Virus record (IMG/VR): IMGVR_UViG_3300046321_000141
Span: 5,316 to 69,315 of that record
DNA from: a virus
Reading direction: 5' to 3' (one strand)
Length of the DNA: 64,000 nt
The notes under the pieces: model-generated
What the model saw: the letters and a program-made list of their open reading frames with translations, nothing else
Database searches by the model: none
What the model was told of the DNA's origin: nothing
Made by a program: the position numbers and the translations under genes
In this document: positions 45,990 through 54,591 of the stretch, piece after piece
How the letters are laid out: the number at the start of each line of letters is the position of its first letter
How positions within the stretch are numbered: the stretch's first letter is position 1

Positions 45990-46148
45990 ATGAATGCTTT
46001 GTCTAACCTGTTGGAAGCTTTAGCCGGTCTTGTGATGGTTTGTATTGCAGGAATTATTTGGGTTATCTGCGGTATTGGTGCAGTGTTCTTAGTAGCTGTT
46101 ATGGCTACTTTGAAAACTGTAGAGTTCCTAGCTAAACGCTGGCTTTAA
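45990..46148 (+). CDS. Early small membrane protein (52 aa)
   Basis: Below the ORF cutoff; MNALSNLLEALAGLVMVCIAGIIWVICGIGAVFLVAVMATLKTVEFLAKRWL; SD GGAG; bracketed by P3 and a terminator. Confidence 0.75.
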   Translation: MNALSNLLEALAGLVMVCIAGIIWVICGIGAVFLVAVMATLKTVEFLAKRWL

Positions 46149-46150
46149 TG

Positions 46151-46179
46151 AATACGTCCTTCGGGACGTGTTTGTTTTT
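46151..46179 (+). terminator. Intrinsic terminator
   Basis: ACGTCC-TTCG-GGACGT plus T-rich tail. Confidence 0.85.
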
Positions 46180-46211
46180 CTGGGGTATGTCTTTGGTTGG
46201 GCCAAGTCGTA

Positions 46212-46228
46212 AAGCTTCGCTTATATGG
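46212..46228 (+). promoter_or_regulatory. vRNAP hairpin promoter P4
   Basis: AAGC-TTC-GCTT; G at 46228. Confidence 0.85.
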
Positions 46229-46269
46229 GAAATTTCTCCCTACTTGTGTTTGCTTTTAAAGGTTATGTC

Positions 46270-46539
46270 ATGGCTCGTTTTACTGAAAATACCTCTTCTG
46301 CTGCTGCTCAACCTGCTCGTGAACAAGCAGCCAAATGGATCAACCTGTACCTTCCAACAAAGGATGGTGGTAAGGTCAAGATTGGAGCTGTTCCACTGAA
46401 CAAGTCCAATGGTACTCATGCTGCTGTAATGGCACTGCTGTCTACGGAAGAAGGTGCTGAGAAATTCATGAATGCGCTGGTAATTGTGGTTCAGGAAGGC
46501 TCTGGGGGTGATCGTGCTCCGATTGAGTTCGACCTGTAA
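46270..46539 (+). CDS. ssDNA-binding RNAP II cofactor (N4 gp2 / Drc-like)
   Basis: WINLYLP..DG.KVKIGAVPL motif; small early gene just upstream of RNAP II. ATG at 46270. Confidence 0.6.
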   Translation: MARFTENTSSAAAQPAREQAAKWINLYLPTKDGGKVKIGAVPLNKSNGTHAAVMALLSTEEGAEKFMNALVIVVQEGSGGDRAPIEFDL

Positions 46540-46547
46540 AGGTTGAT

Positions 46548-46585
46548 TGAGTACTGGCCGAAAGGCTGGTACTCATGACTTTTTT
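46548..46585 (+). terminator. Intrinsic terminator
   Basis: TGAGTACTGGCC-GAAA-GGCTGGTACTCA plus T run. Confidence 0.8.
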
Positions 46586-46655
46586 ACTTAACCAAGACAG
46601 TCTTAATTGCTGTCGCTTGGTTTCCTCGTTGTTTGGTTTGTTGTTCTATGTTGTA

Positions 46656-46672
46656 AAGCTTCGCTTGGTTGG
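46656..46672 (+). promoter_or_regulatory. vRNAP hairpin promoter P5
   Basis: AAGC-TTC-GCTT; G at 46672; directly upstream of RNAP II subunit 1. Confidence 0.85.
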
Positions 46673-46694
46673 CTATTTAAACCAAGGAGTAAAC

Positions 46695-47777
46695 ATGACA
46701 ATGTTAAAGATAATTCAACAAGAGATTATTGAAAATACTTTTAATAGAAAGCTAATTAATCAAAAGATTAAAGAAGTTATTACTGATGAGTATTCTGGGT
46801 TTATCAGTAGTGGGGTTAGGTTGCTTAGTGAGTGGTTGGGTTGCTCCTATTATTCTAGCAAGAATGTTAGGCTGGAGTTGGTTAAAGCTCTTGATCTTAA
46901 GGAGCTGGTTACCAAGATGCTTGTAGAGGTTGCTCACTGTCAACATGCTGAGTTGTTTACTTCGGTGAGTGCTAAGTTAGCTGGTGCATTGGGATGGACT
47001 GATAAACCAGATGCAATTAAAACAATGGCAGAGATGCTGGCAATAATTGCTGATACAGATGCATATGACATTAAAAGAAATGAAGTCAATTCATTTGTTA
47101 TTAAGTCTAGGATGCAATTTAGTACAGAGTTAACTCAATTCATTGAAAACACTATGTATTTGCCACCAATGTTAGTTGAACCTCATGAAGTTAAAACTAA
47201 TATTGATACAGGTTATTTAACTCTAAAAGATTCACTTGTATTAGGTAAAGGTAACTTTCATACTGGCGATCTATGCCTAGATGCAATAAACATTGCTAAC
47301 AGTGTAAAGCTCAAGTTAGATACAGCTTTTGTGTCTAAAGTTGAGATGCTTTGTACATTTAAAGTCAAAGAGCAAGAGCAGTTAGACCAGTTCAACACAT
47401 TCAAAAAGAATAGCTACAAACTCATGTCATTGCTTGCTACCAATGGTAATGAGTTCTGGCTCACTCACAGGGTGGATAAGAGAGGTAGGTTGTACTCTCA
47501 AGGCTATCACGTACATACTCAATCTAATGCATTTGGTAAATCTTGTATTGAGTTTGCCGATGAAGAGGTGGTTATTGTGCCAGCTGAGTACAGTATGGAT
47601 TACTGGCTTAAAGACGGTAAATTACAAGAAACCATGTCACTAGATACACCTTATGGTGTGACATGTTGGAGCAGCTTTCATGAGTCTTTTGGTGTAAGAG
47701 ATATGGGCAATTTCCATATTACGTTACCTGAAGAAGTATCAGAAGAATTGAAAACTTTATTAAAAGGAATTGTATGA
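46695..47777 (+). CDS. RNA polymerase II subunit 1 (N4 gp15-like)
   Basis: YLPPMLVEP, THRVDKRGRLYSQGYH (DxRGR motif); ATG at 46695 after AAGGAG. Confidence 0.92.
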   Translation: MTMLKIIQQEIIENTFNRKLINQKIKEVITDEYSGFISSGVRLLSEWLGCSYYSSKNVRLELVKALDLKELVTKMLVEVAHCQHAELFTSVSAKLAGALGWTDKPDAIKTMAEMLAIIADTDAYDIKRNEVNSFVIKSRMQFSTELTQFIENTMYLPPMLVEPHEVKTNIDTGYLTLKDSLVLGKGNFHTGDLCLDAINIANSVKLKLDTAFVSKVEMLCTFKVKEQEQLDQFNTFKKNSYKLMSLLATNGNEFWLTHRVDKRGRLYSQGYHVHTQSNAFGKSCIEFADEEVVIVPAEYSMDYWLKDGKLQETMSLDTPYGVTCWSSFHESFGVRDMGNFHITLPEEVSEELKTLLKGIV

Positions 47778-48997
47778 AACATTATTCAGCGTGGGAATGG
47801 TTACTGATTGATTGTGCTAACCAATATGGTTTAGATAAACAATTGTTTGAAACCAGGATTAAATGGACATTGGCTAACCTTCACCAATTGGAAAGTATTT
47901 GTGATCATCAGTGGAAAGAGAAGCCTTTGTATTTGAAGGCTGTAGGGGCTATTCGTAAGGCTCAGAAAGGTATTCCTACTGGTCATATGGTTGCAGTTGA
48001 TAGCAGTGCTTCAGGTGCTCAGTTAATGAGTGCAATGACCAATTGCATTGCTGGAGCTATGGCTACTGGTCTGATTGATCCTAATAAACGTGCCGATCTT
48101 TATACAGAAACCACTGTAGAAATGAACAGTATGTTGCATGAGTCTGGTATCAGTGTTGATGTACCAAGGGCTGATATGAAGCAAGCAGTAATGACTGTTT
48201 TGTATGGGTCGAAGGCTGAACCTAAGAAGCTATTTGGTGAAGATACTACTGAACTTACTACCTTTTATAAGGTGTTGAGTAAGGTAGTACCTGGTGCAAT
48301 GTTCTTGTTGCAAGACTTGTTGGAAGCATGGAATAGTTACTCTAAAGTGCATCAGTGGCAAATGCCTGATGGATTTGAGGCAGTTATTAAGGTAATGGAG
48401 ACCAAAGATTGTAGGATTGAGATTGATGAGCTTGCTCACACTCAATTGAGCTATCAATACAAGGTTAATGAAGGAACTAAGAGGGGCTTGTCCATTGCGG
48501 CTAACGCAATACACAGCGTCGATGCTATGGTTGTCAGAGCCATGCACAGGAAGTGTAACTATGACCCTGTAATGGTAAATGCTGCTTATGAAGCTATCTG
48601 TACAGCTTTGGATATGGAGGGTGCAGAAGCCAAGGGTAAAGTAGCCTACTACAGTGAGTTGTATGAGGCTTCTAAGCTAGCTGATGTAGTGGCATTGCCT
48701 TGGATAGTAGATGATGCTACTGGCTTGTCTAAGCAGCATTTACAGGCTCTTAAGAAGCTTTGCTTAGATATGTTGCAGCACAAACCATTCCCTATTGTGA
48801 GTATCCATGATGCATTTGCTAGTACTGCTGGTAATGTAAATTGGATACGCTATCACTATAAAGAAACTGTTGCAGATATTGCTGCTTCAGATATTCTGAG
48901 CTTTCTATTTAGTCAGTTATTGCATAAATCCGTTACATATCAAAAGCTTGGGGATATTAGTGAGCAGATTCGTAATAGTGAATATGCTGTTTGTTAA
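47774..48997 (+). CDS. RNA polymerase II subunit 2 (N4 gp16-like)
   Basis: VDSSASG (A), RADMKQAVMTVLYGS (B), ANAIHSVDA, SIHDAF (C). Confidence 0.94.
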   Translation: MKHYSAWEWLLIDCANQYGLDKQLFETRIKWTLANLHQLESICDHQWKEKPLYLKAVGAIRKAQKGIPTGHMVAVDSSASGAQLMSAMTNCIAGAMATGLIDPNKRADLYTETTVEMNSMLHESGISVDVPRADMKQAVMTVLYGSKAEPKKLFGEDTTELTTFYKVLSKVVPGAMFLLQDLLEAWNSYSKVHQWQMPDGFEAVIKVMETKDCRIEIDELAHTQLSYQYKVNEGTKRGLSIAANAIHSVDAMVVRAMHRKCNYDPVMVNAAYEAICTALDMEGAEAKGKVAYYSELYEASKLADVVALPWIVDDATGLSKQHLQALKKLCLDMLQHKPFPIVSIHDAFASTAGNVNWIRYHYKETVADIAASDILSFLFSQLLHKSVTYQKLGDISEQIRNSEYAVC

Positions 48998-49009
48998 GTA
49001 ATAACCAGA

Positions 49010-49030
49010 GGCACTCCGTGCCTTTGGTGA
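49010..49030 (+). promoter_or_regulatory. Class-2 hairpin element
   Basis: GGCAC-TCC-GTGCC then TTTG-GTGA; GTGA begins 11 nt after the loop centre. Confidence 0.6.
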
Positions 49031-49058
49031 TTTACTTTTTTCTTTTTAAAGGCTTTTT

Positions 49059-49421
49059 ATGAAACACAGACATTACGACTTGATTATTGAGTGGGCTAAC
49101 GGTGCTGAGATTCAGTCTTGTTTATCAGACGGCACATGGGTAGATGAAGTAAGCCCTTGCTGGCTGTATGCGACCGAATACCGCATAAAACCCAAAATGG
49201 TCAAGGTAGGGAGACATGAGTGGCCTGAGCCACTTCAAGAGTATGTACCCGGTACACAGGTATGGTCATTCTCGTTTCGGGACACCGACACACAGCAGCT
49301 GGCTTTTCCCTCATGGTCTGTCCACAGTGCCGTCTCCGAAGGCGTAGCCCACGCAACCAAAGAAGCAGCAGAACAACATCGCGCTGCGCTGCGCTGCATC
49401 AATATTGGTGATATTGATTAA
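49059..49421 (+). CDS. Hypothetical phage protein
   Basis: H..LI.EWA.GAEIQ...W....P.W....EYRIKP module common in phages. Confidence 0.7.
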   Translation: MKHRHYDLIIEWANGAEIQSCLSDGTWVDEVSPCWLYATEYRIKPKMVKVGRHEWPEPLQEYVPGTQVWSFSFRDTDTQQLAFPSWSVHSAVSEGVAHATKEAAEQHRAALRCINIGDID

Positions 49422-49432
49422 AGGAGATTACT

Positions 49433-49789
49433 GTGAACAAACTTAAAGGAAACCAAATGACTGTATTTAAGTATTGGATGGCAACTGAGCTTGAGGTGAT
49501 TGATTTTGTCGCGGAGCACCTACTGAAACAAGGTAAGAAGTCGTTGTTATCTGAGTATAAGTGTATGTACCGTGGCGTTGGTGATCTTATGTGTGCTGCT
49601 GGGTGCTTAATACCCAGACACCTATACAACACTGGTATGGAACATAAAAGCTGGACAGAGCTATGCGAAGACTTTGGGCTACCAACTGAGCATAAGACAT
49701 TGATATTTAAGATGCAGTGTATCCATGACAACGAATATGTCGAAGAGTGGCCTAATTCGCTGGCTAAATTAAGGGAACAATATGTTTGA
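49433..49789 (+). CDS. Hypothetical protein, paralog of 59457-60002 N-terminus
   Basis: V..HLLKQG..S....C.YRG....CAAGCLIP...Y...ME; Q.IHD. Confidence 0.7.
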   Translation: MNKLKGNQMTVFKYWMATELEVIDFVAEHLLKQGKKSLLSEYKCMYRGVGDLMCAAGCLIPRHLYNTGMEHKSWTELCEDFGLPTEHKTLIFKMQCIHDNEYVEEWPNSLAKLREQYV

Positions 49790-50175
49790 ATATTGGCTGG
49801 CAACAGAATATGAAAGAGGCCCAAATGAGTAATTTTTATGGTGCTTTTTATGGTGCTGATGAGTTCAGAAACAAACTCAAAGAACTTGGGTTTGCTATCG
49901 CGTATGATCATTTTGCACACTCCCCAACCATCATTAATTGGACTGCATATAAAAGGCTGCCTAGTACAAATGAATGTGTCTGCAATGAGAAACCACCATC
50001 ATTAGTTATTAAAGTAGATGGCTACAAGAGTACAACATATGAAATAGAAGTATGTGGGGAGACTCCTGGTAGTTGGGTAAAACTACTTGCATATAGTTTA
50101 GATGTACTTGATTTTGATAAAGACTTCTCTAAACATGAGGCATACCTACTTAAAGCATGGGATAGTGCTTTTTAG
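49786..50175 (+). CDS. Hypothetical protein
   Basis: ORF in operon; C.CNEKPP motif; start uncertain. Confidence 0.6.
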   Translation: MNIGWQQNMKEAQMSNFYGAFYGADEFRNKLKELGFAIAYDHFAHSPTIINWTAYKRLPSTNECVCNEKPPSLVIKVDGYKSTTYEIEVCGETPGSWVKLLAYSLDVLDFDKDFSKHEAYLLKAWDSAF

Positions 50176-50186
50176 TAAATTTCATT

Positions 50187-50207
50187 AGCACTCCGTGCTT
50201 TTCGTGA
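50187..50207 (+). promoter_or_regulatory. Class-2 hairpin element
   Basis: AGCAC-TCC-GTGCT then TTTC-GTGA; GTGA 11 nt after the loop centre. Confidence 0.6.
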
Positions 50208-50210
50208 CTT

Positions 50211-50236
50211 GGGGACTATTTAGTCCCTATTTTTTT
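50211..50236 (+). terminator. Intrinsic terminator
   Basis: GGGACTA-TT-TAGTCCC plus T7. Confidence 0.7.
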
Positions 50237-50345
50237 ATCTTTTTTCTGTAGTCAGTCAAACTACTAAAAACTACTCAAACCGATATAGTAACTTTTAGAT
50301 TTTTGAATTTTTGACTATAGGGCACCTATATACAGACTGGAATTT

Positions 50346-50495
50346 ATGCCATGTAAGGCAAACAATATTTACCCAACCTTTGAAAGCATCGAGCAGTGCT
50401 TTGCTCAAGCAGAAATGCGCTTACCTATCCAAAGCCATAACGACTTGGTTTGGTTAGTTAACGTTATTACTAACACCCTTGTTAATAAACAATGA
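50346..50495 (+). CDS. Small hypothetical protein (49 aa)
   Basis: Manual: MPCKANNIYPTFESIEQCFAQAEMRLPIQSHNDLVWLVNVITNTLVNKQ; ATGA overlap with the next gene. Confidence 0.65.
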   Translation: MPCKANNIYPTFESIEQCFAQAEMRLPIQSHNDLVWLVNVITNTLVNKQ

Positions 50496-50944
50496 ACCAA
50501 AAATACATAATCAGTGCAATATCGAAGGCAACAACCCACTGGATGAGCCAGAATACGGAAGAAGTTATTGCTAAAAAAGTAGAAGCATTCTTTGATGAGC
50601 AATTTAACCGGCTTATTTGGGTGTCTGTTGGCATTACTGAAAAATGGGGCAATCCTGAGATCACAAATAAAGAAACTTTTAATTCTGTTTTTGGTGCCAT
50701 GATTACTAAGCACATTGGGCAACTATTTAGTGAAAGTAATACAAACAATCTCAAGATCAAACCAAAGCTGCTAAAAGTTATTGAAAATAACATAGAAACC
50801 GCTTTAGAACATGCTGTGCATAACCAGACACGGAAACTAACGGATAAGCAACAAGAGGTGTTTGAAAGAGAGTTTGAAAAAGCCTGTGAAATGCTTTCAG
50901 CAAAAAAAGTTGAAGATGCACTTAAACTTATCAAAGGTGGGTAA
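50492..50944 (+). CDS. Hypothetical protein
   Basis: 150 aa helical ORF coupled to the ATPase gene. Confidence 0.65.
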   Translation: MNQKYIISAISKATTHWMSQNTEEVIAKKVEAFFDEQFNRLIWVSVGITEKWGNPEITNKETFNSVFGAMITKHIGQLFSESNTNNLKIKPKLLKVIENNIETALEHAVHNQTRKLTDKQQEVFEREFEKACEMLSAKKVEDALKLIKGG

Positions 50945-51952
50945 ATGGAAGTCAAAATAAGTAAAGCCAGCAATTATGTAGAGAAGTACATAAAAGCTGG
51001 CCTAGTTCCTTATCTATGGGGCTCTCCTGCAATCGGTAAGAGCGACATTGTTAAAGCCATTGCAGAGAAGTACAAGCTAAAGCTTATTGACATTCGCCTT
51101 AGCCAGTGTGACACAACAGATTTATTGGGCATGGTTAAGGTCAGCGGCAGTAAAGCTGAGTACGTCCCATTCAATACTTTTCCTTTGGAATCTGACCCAA
51201 TACCAGAAGGTTATAACGGTTGGTGTCTGTTCATGGACGAAATGAATAGTGCACCTCGTAGCATTCAGGCTGCAAGTTATAAGATTATTCTTGATCGAAT
51301 GGTTGGACAACACAAGCTGCACAAGAACGTAGCTATTGTTTGTGCAGGTAATCAAGCCACAGACAACGCTATTGTTGAAGAGATGAGTACAGCACTTCAG
51401 TCAAGGATGTGTCATATTGAGGTAGTTGCTGATCTGAATGACTGGCTTGAGTGGGCTTACACCAATAACATTGATTACCGCATTACAAGTTACTTGCAAT
51501 TCAAACCAAGTAATCTGTATAGCTTTAGTCCAGATCACTCTGATAAGACTTATGCATCACCCAGAACTTGGTACTTTGCCAATAAGATTCTTGGCGTAGC
51601 AGAAGAAGTGGATTACTTGCCAATGCTTACAGGCGCAATATCTGAAGGTGTAGCAAGAGAGTTTGTTTCTTTTATGAAAGTAGAGAAAGACTTGCCCACT
51701 ATTGAGCAGCTTCTTGCCAATCCTGTATTGATTAAAGTACCGGAAGAACCTAGCGCTCTATTTGCTCTTACAGGTGCTATTGCTCACTACGCAACTAAAA
51801 CAAACATAGAGCAATTAATGCTGTTTGTTAATCGGTTGCCTATGGAGTTTCAAGTGGTTTGTTTAAAAGAAGCCATTCGCAGGAATGCGGCTATTTTGCA
51901 AACACCAGCAGTTAACCAGTGGATATCTACCAATTCAAATGAACTATTCTAA
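50945..51952 (+). CDS. MoxR-like AAA+ ATPase (N4 gp24-like)
   Basis: GSPAIGKS, LFMDEMN, CAGN, MSTALQSR, SPRTW. Confidence 0.9.
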   Translation: MEVKISKASNYVEKYIKAGLVPYLWGSPAIGKSDIVKAIAEKYKLKLIDIRLSQCDTTDLLGMVKVSGSKAEYVPFNTFPLESDPIPEGYNGWCLFMDEMNSAPRSIQAASYKIILDRMVGQHKLHKNVAIVCAGNQATDNAIVEEMSTALQSRMCHIEVVADLNDWLEWAYTNNIDYRITSYLQFKPSNLYSFSPDHSDKTYASPRTWYFANKILGVAEEVDYLPMLTGAISEGVAREFVSFMKVEKDLPTIEQLLANPVLIKVPEEPSALFALTGAIAHYATKTNIEQLMLFVNRLPMEFQVVCLKEAIRRNAAILQTPAVNQWISTNSNELF

Positions 51953-52130
51953 ACTTACAGATATGTTTAAACAGAAGTCGGCAGCTACATTGGTAGAAGA
52001 AGACTTGCTTAGTTATGAAAAACTATTGCTAGAGCACGAACATGCTATGGCGTATCACAAACAGATGGTTGATTACTATCGTAATGGTTTGAAGCGTCTA
52101 CAAACATACGCGGAGAATGGCGTAAAGTAA
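51939..52130 (+). CDS. Hypothetical protein
   Basis: Short helical ORF overlapping the ATPase stop. Confidence 0.55.
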   Translation: MNYSKLTDMFKQKSAATLVEEDLLSYEKLLLEHEHAMAYHKQMVDYYRNGLKRLQTYAENGVK

Positions 52131-52141
52131 TTAAACAATCA

Positions 52142-52216
52142 GCCGCTTTCGTATAGTGATTATTACCCTGGTTTTGTAATCCAGAAAGAAGAGTTTGATT
52201 CTCTTAAGCGGCACCA
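52142..52216 (+). tRNA. tRNA-Thr(UGU), atypical
   Basis: Acceptor GCCGCTT/AAGCGGC + A-CCA; anticodon loop TT-TGT-AA; T stem AAGAG/CTCTT with loop TTTGATT. Confidence 0.85.
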
Positions 52217-52245
52217 GACAACAAAAACAATTTTTAGGATAAAAG

Positions 52246-52455
52246 ATGAGTATCTATACGTACAGTGAAACAGTTCTCAAGAAATATAAACTTTCTTTGG
52301 CAATTATTGCAGCCAGTACAATTTTGCATGAAACAACAGGACGAAAGCAAAAACTTAATATTTATGGTGTAAATAGTGAAGCAGTAGCAACTTTGAAAGA
52401 AGTTAATGATGCTACTTCACATATTTTGAATCAAACCAAGATTGTTTGGAATTAA
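52246..52455 (+). CDS. Hypothetical protein
   Basis: 69 aa, SD AGGA. Confidence 0.55.
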   Translation: MSIYTYSETVLKKYKLSLAIIAASTILHETTGRKQKLNIYGVNSEAVATLKEVNDATSHILNQTKIVWN

Positions 52456-52514
52456 TTACTGGGTTGTTGAAAACACCTCCACAGACGGCCCGCAACAATT
52501 GAATATATCGAACT

Positions 52515-53016
52515 ATGTATAAAGTAATTAATGGTGACAATTATTGTGTAATTAATGGGCAGATTGAACTGCACCCACACAATGAACACATGAAACTGTA
52601 CCAACCCGGTGACACCTGGCAGGCTTATACCAATTACCGTTGGGTTGACTGTGTGAACACACCCTTGTGGGCTTATGATGTTGCATACCGTAAGCACCCG
52701 CATTCCGACACAATGAAACAATATATGTACTGGCTTACCTGCTTGGAACGATGGTGTTTCATACCGTAGGCACCCACACGCTGACTCGATGCGTGAATAT
52801 GTAGCGGGCGAACAATGGCAATGTGCTACTGTAGATCAACCTAAAGAATCTGATTGGGGAGACTGTGGTGGTGAACCTGTATGGAGCGAAAATAGGAAAT
52901 ACCGTAAAAAGCCAGCACCAAAAATCATTACCTTGTACAGGATTCCAGGAACAGTTGTTTATCAAATAACTCCTAATTTTGAGCTGATTGCAGAAACATT
53001 CCAGCAAATTTCATGA
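52515..53016 (+). pseudogene. Tandem-repeat gene broken by an out-of-frame deletion (ORFs 52515-52769 and 52789-53016)
   Basis: Module HPH...M..Y...WQ...W.DC...P.W....YR(K/R) occurs three times across two frames; the switch is near 52722. Confidence 0.6.
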
Positions 53017-53189
53017 CTGCTTTACGCAAACCAACTAAACCAGGCAGTAACAGCGAACCTTTTATAGAGCACTTTGGTATAGCTAAAAACTGTATGACGT
53101 GTTCTATGTGGAAGAGTACAACTGGTTGGAAGAAGCACCCTAATAGACCTTGGCTAGAGTGCAAGCAATGCGCTGAAAAGCGAAAGTAA
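53013..53189 (+). CDS. Small zinc-finger protein (58 aa)
   Basis: Manual: ...KNCMTCSMWK...LECKQCAEKRK; ATGA overlap. Confidence 0.6.
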   Translation: MTALRKPTKPGSNSEPFIEHFGIAKNCMTCSMWKSTTGWKKHPNRPWLECKQCAEKRK

Positions 53190-53191
53190 AG

Positions 53192-53494
53192 ATGACACTA
53201 GAACAATATTTCTGGGCTGAGGCTACCCCAGAAGAAAAGACTGTTGCCTTATTGAGTGGCAAGACTCCCAGAGATATTGAACTAGGTTTCTTTAAAAATA
53301 ACTGGTATTTACACACATTGGTGGTTAAAAAACATAATTTGTTAGGGGAGTTTACTTTAAAGCCTACTAAGTTAAAGAGTTTGCTACACAGTGCAGAAAA
53401 CTTAGAAGATTTGCCATTACAGTCAGTATTATTCTCATGTTTTAAAGAACATACAAATAAACGGCGTATTTATTACTACGCTCAAAGGATTTAA
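53192..53494 (+). CDS. Hypothetical protein
   Basis: 100 aa ORF in operon. Confidence 0.55.
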   Translation: MTLEQYFWAEATPEEKTVALLSGKTPRDIELGFFKNNWYLHTLVVKKHNLLGEFTLKPTKLKSLLHSAENLEDLPLQSVLFSCFKEHTNKRRIYYYAQRI

Positions 53495-53499
53495 CAAAA

Positions 53500-54591
53500 A
53501 TGATTGAAGAAGCAAAAAAAGCAATAAGTAAAGCAAAAATTGCATTAATGACTAAGAAAGATGCAGTTTTCTTTACAGTTATTTGCTTTTCTTTAAAACA
53601 TGAGATTGATGAAACTATCCCAACTGCGTGTACAAATGGTAAGTACATTAAATATAACCCACAGTTTGTACTTAGCCTTACACAAGAAGAGCTTGTATTC
53701 TTGATGCTGCATGAGACTCTGCATGTAGCTTATGCACACATGTCTAGGCTCAGTAACAGGGATGTCCATAAGTTTAATATTGCAGCGGATTACGTAATTA
53801 ATTTGCAGCTAGTAGAGCGTGGTTACAGCATGCCTAAAGATGGACTACTGGATAAGCAGTATGCCAATATGAGTGCTGAACAAGTCTATAACTTACTGTC
53901 TAGCAACTCAATTAAAAACCTTCCTATGGAGGATTTGGTTTCAAACAATTCACCGGAGCTTGCTGAAGAGATTAATGACATTCTTATTCGTGCCAGTATC
54001 CAAGCCAAACAAGCAGGTGACTCTATTGGTTCGATACCGGGAGAGCTACAAAGGTTCTTAGAGACTTTAGTAAAGCCTAAGCTACCGTGGCAAAGGATAC
54101 TTCAAAAGTACCTCACAACAACGATTAAAGAGGATTACAGCTACCGTAAACCCAATAAAAGGTACTTACCTCAGTACTATTTACCAACGCTGAGAAGCAA
54201 AGGTATGCCTGCTATCACCATAGGTATTGATAGTTCTGGCTCTGTTAGTGATGCTGATTTTCGACAGTTTATTAGCGAAGTAGCAAAAATACTGACAACA
54301 CTTAAACCAAAAGAAATTAACCTAGTTTTGTTTGATACAAAGATTATTTCAGTGAACAAAGTTAAAACAGTGTCTGAGTTGTTGAAGGTTACGTTTACAG
54401 GTAAAGGCGGCACACGTATTTTGCCAATGATCGAGTGGGTAAACAATAACAAAACTACGGTTGCAATAGTGATTACAGATGGGCATTTTATACACCCTAT
54501 GGAGCACTCAAAGATTCCTTGGATATGGGCTATTTATGACAACCAAGGCTTTAAACCTAAATTTGGAAAAGTAATTAACTTCAAACTATGA
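53500..54591 (+). CDS. Metallopeptidase-vWA domain protein (N4 gp25-like)
   Basis: TACTNG, HETLH (HExxH), NIAADY.IN, MIDAS DSSGS, GGT, ITDG. Confidence 0.9.
   Translation: MIEEAKKAISKAKIALMTKKDAVFFTVICFSLKHEIDETIPTACTNGKYIKYNPQFVLSLTQEELVFLMLHETLHVAYAHMSRLSNRDVHKFNIAADYVINLQLVERGYSMPKDGLLDKQYANMSAEQVYNLLSSNSIKNLPMEDLVSNNSPELAEEINDILIRASIQAKQAGDSIGSIPGELQRFLETLVKPKLPWQRILQKYLTTTIKEDYSYRKPNKRYLPQYYLPTLRSKGMPAITIGIDSSGSVSDADFRQFISEVAKILTTLKPKEINLVLFDTKIISVNKVKTVSELLKVTFTGKGGTRILPMIEWVNNNKTTVAIVITDGHFIHPMEHSKIPWIWAIYDNQGFKPKFGKVINFKL

Noticed and set aside
45081-46672. Spaced short repeats as a CRISPR array
   Set aside because: The repeats are only ~12 nt, are separated by whole genes, and match N4 hairpin promoters; no cas operon is present.
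46575-46694. Longer N-termini given by the ORF track (RNAP II subunit 1; likewise 12232, 13412, 46225, 56528)
   Set aside because: These extensions run through terminators, promoters or upstream genes; downstream ATGs have SD sequences or stop-start overlaps.
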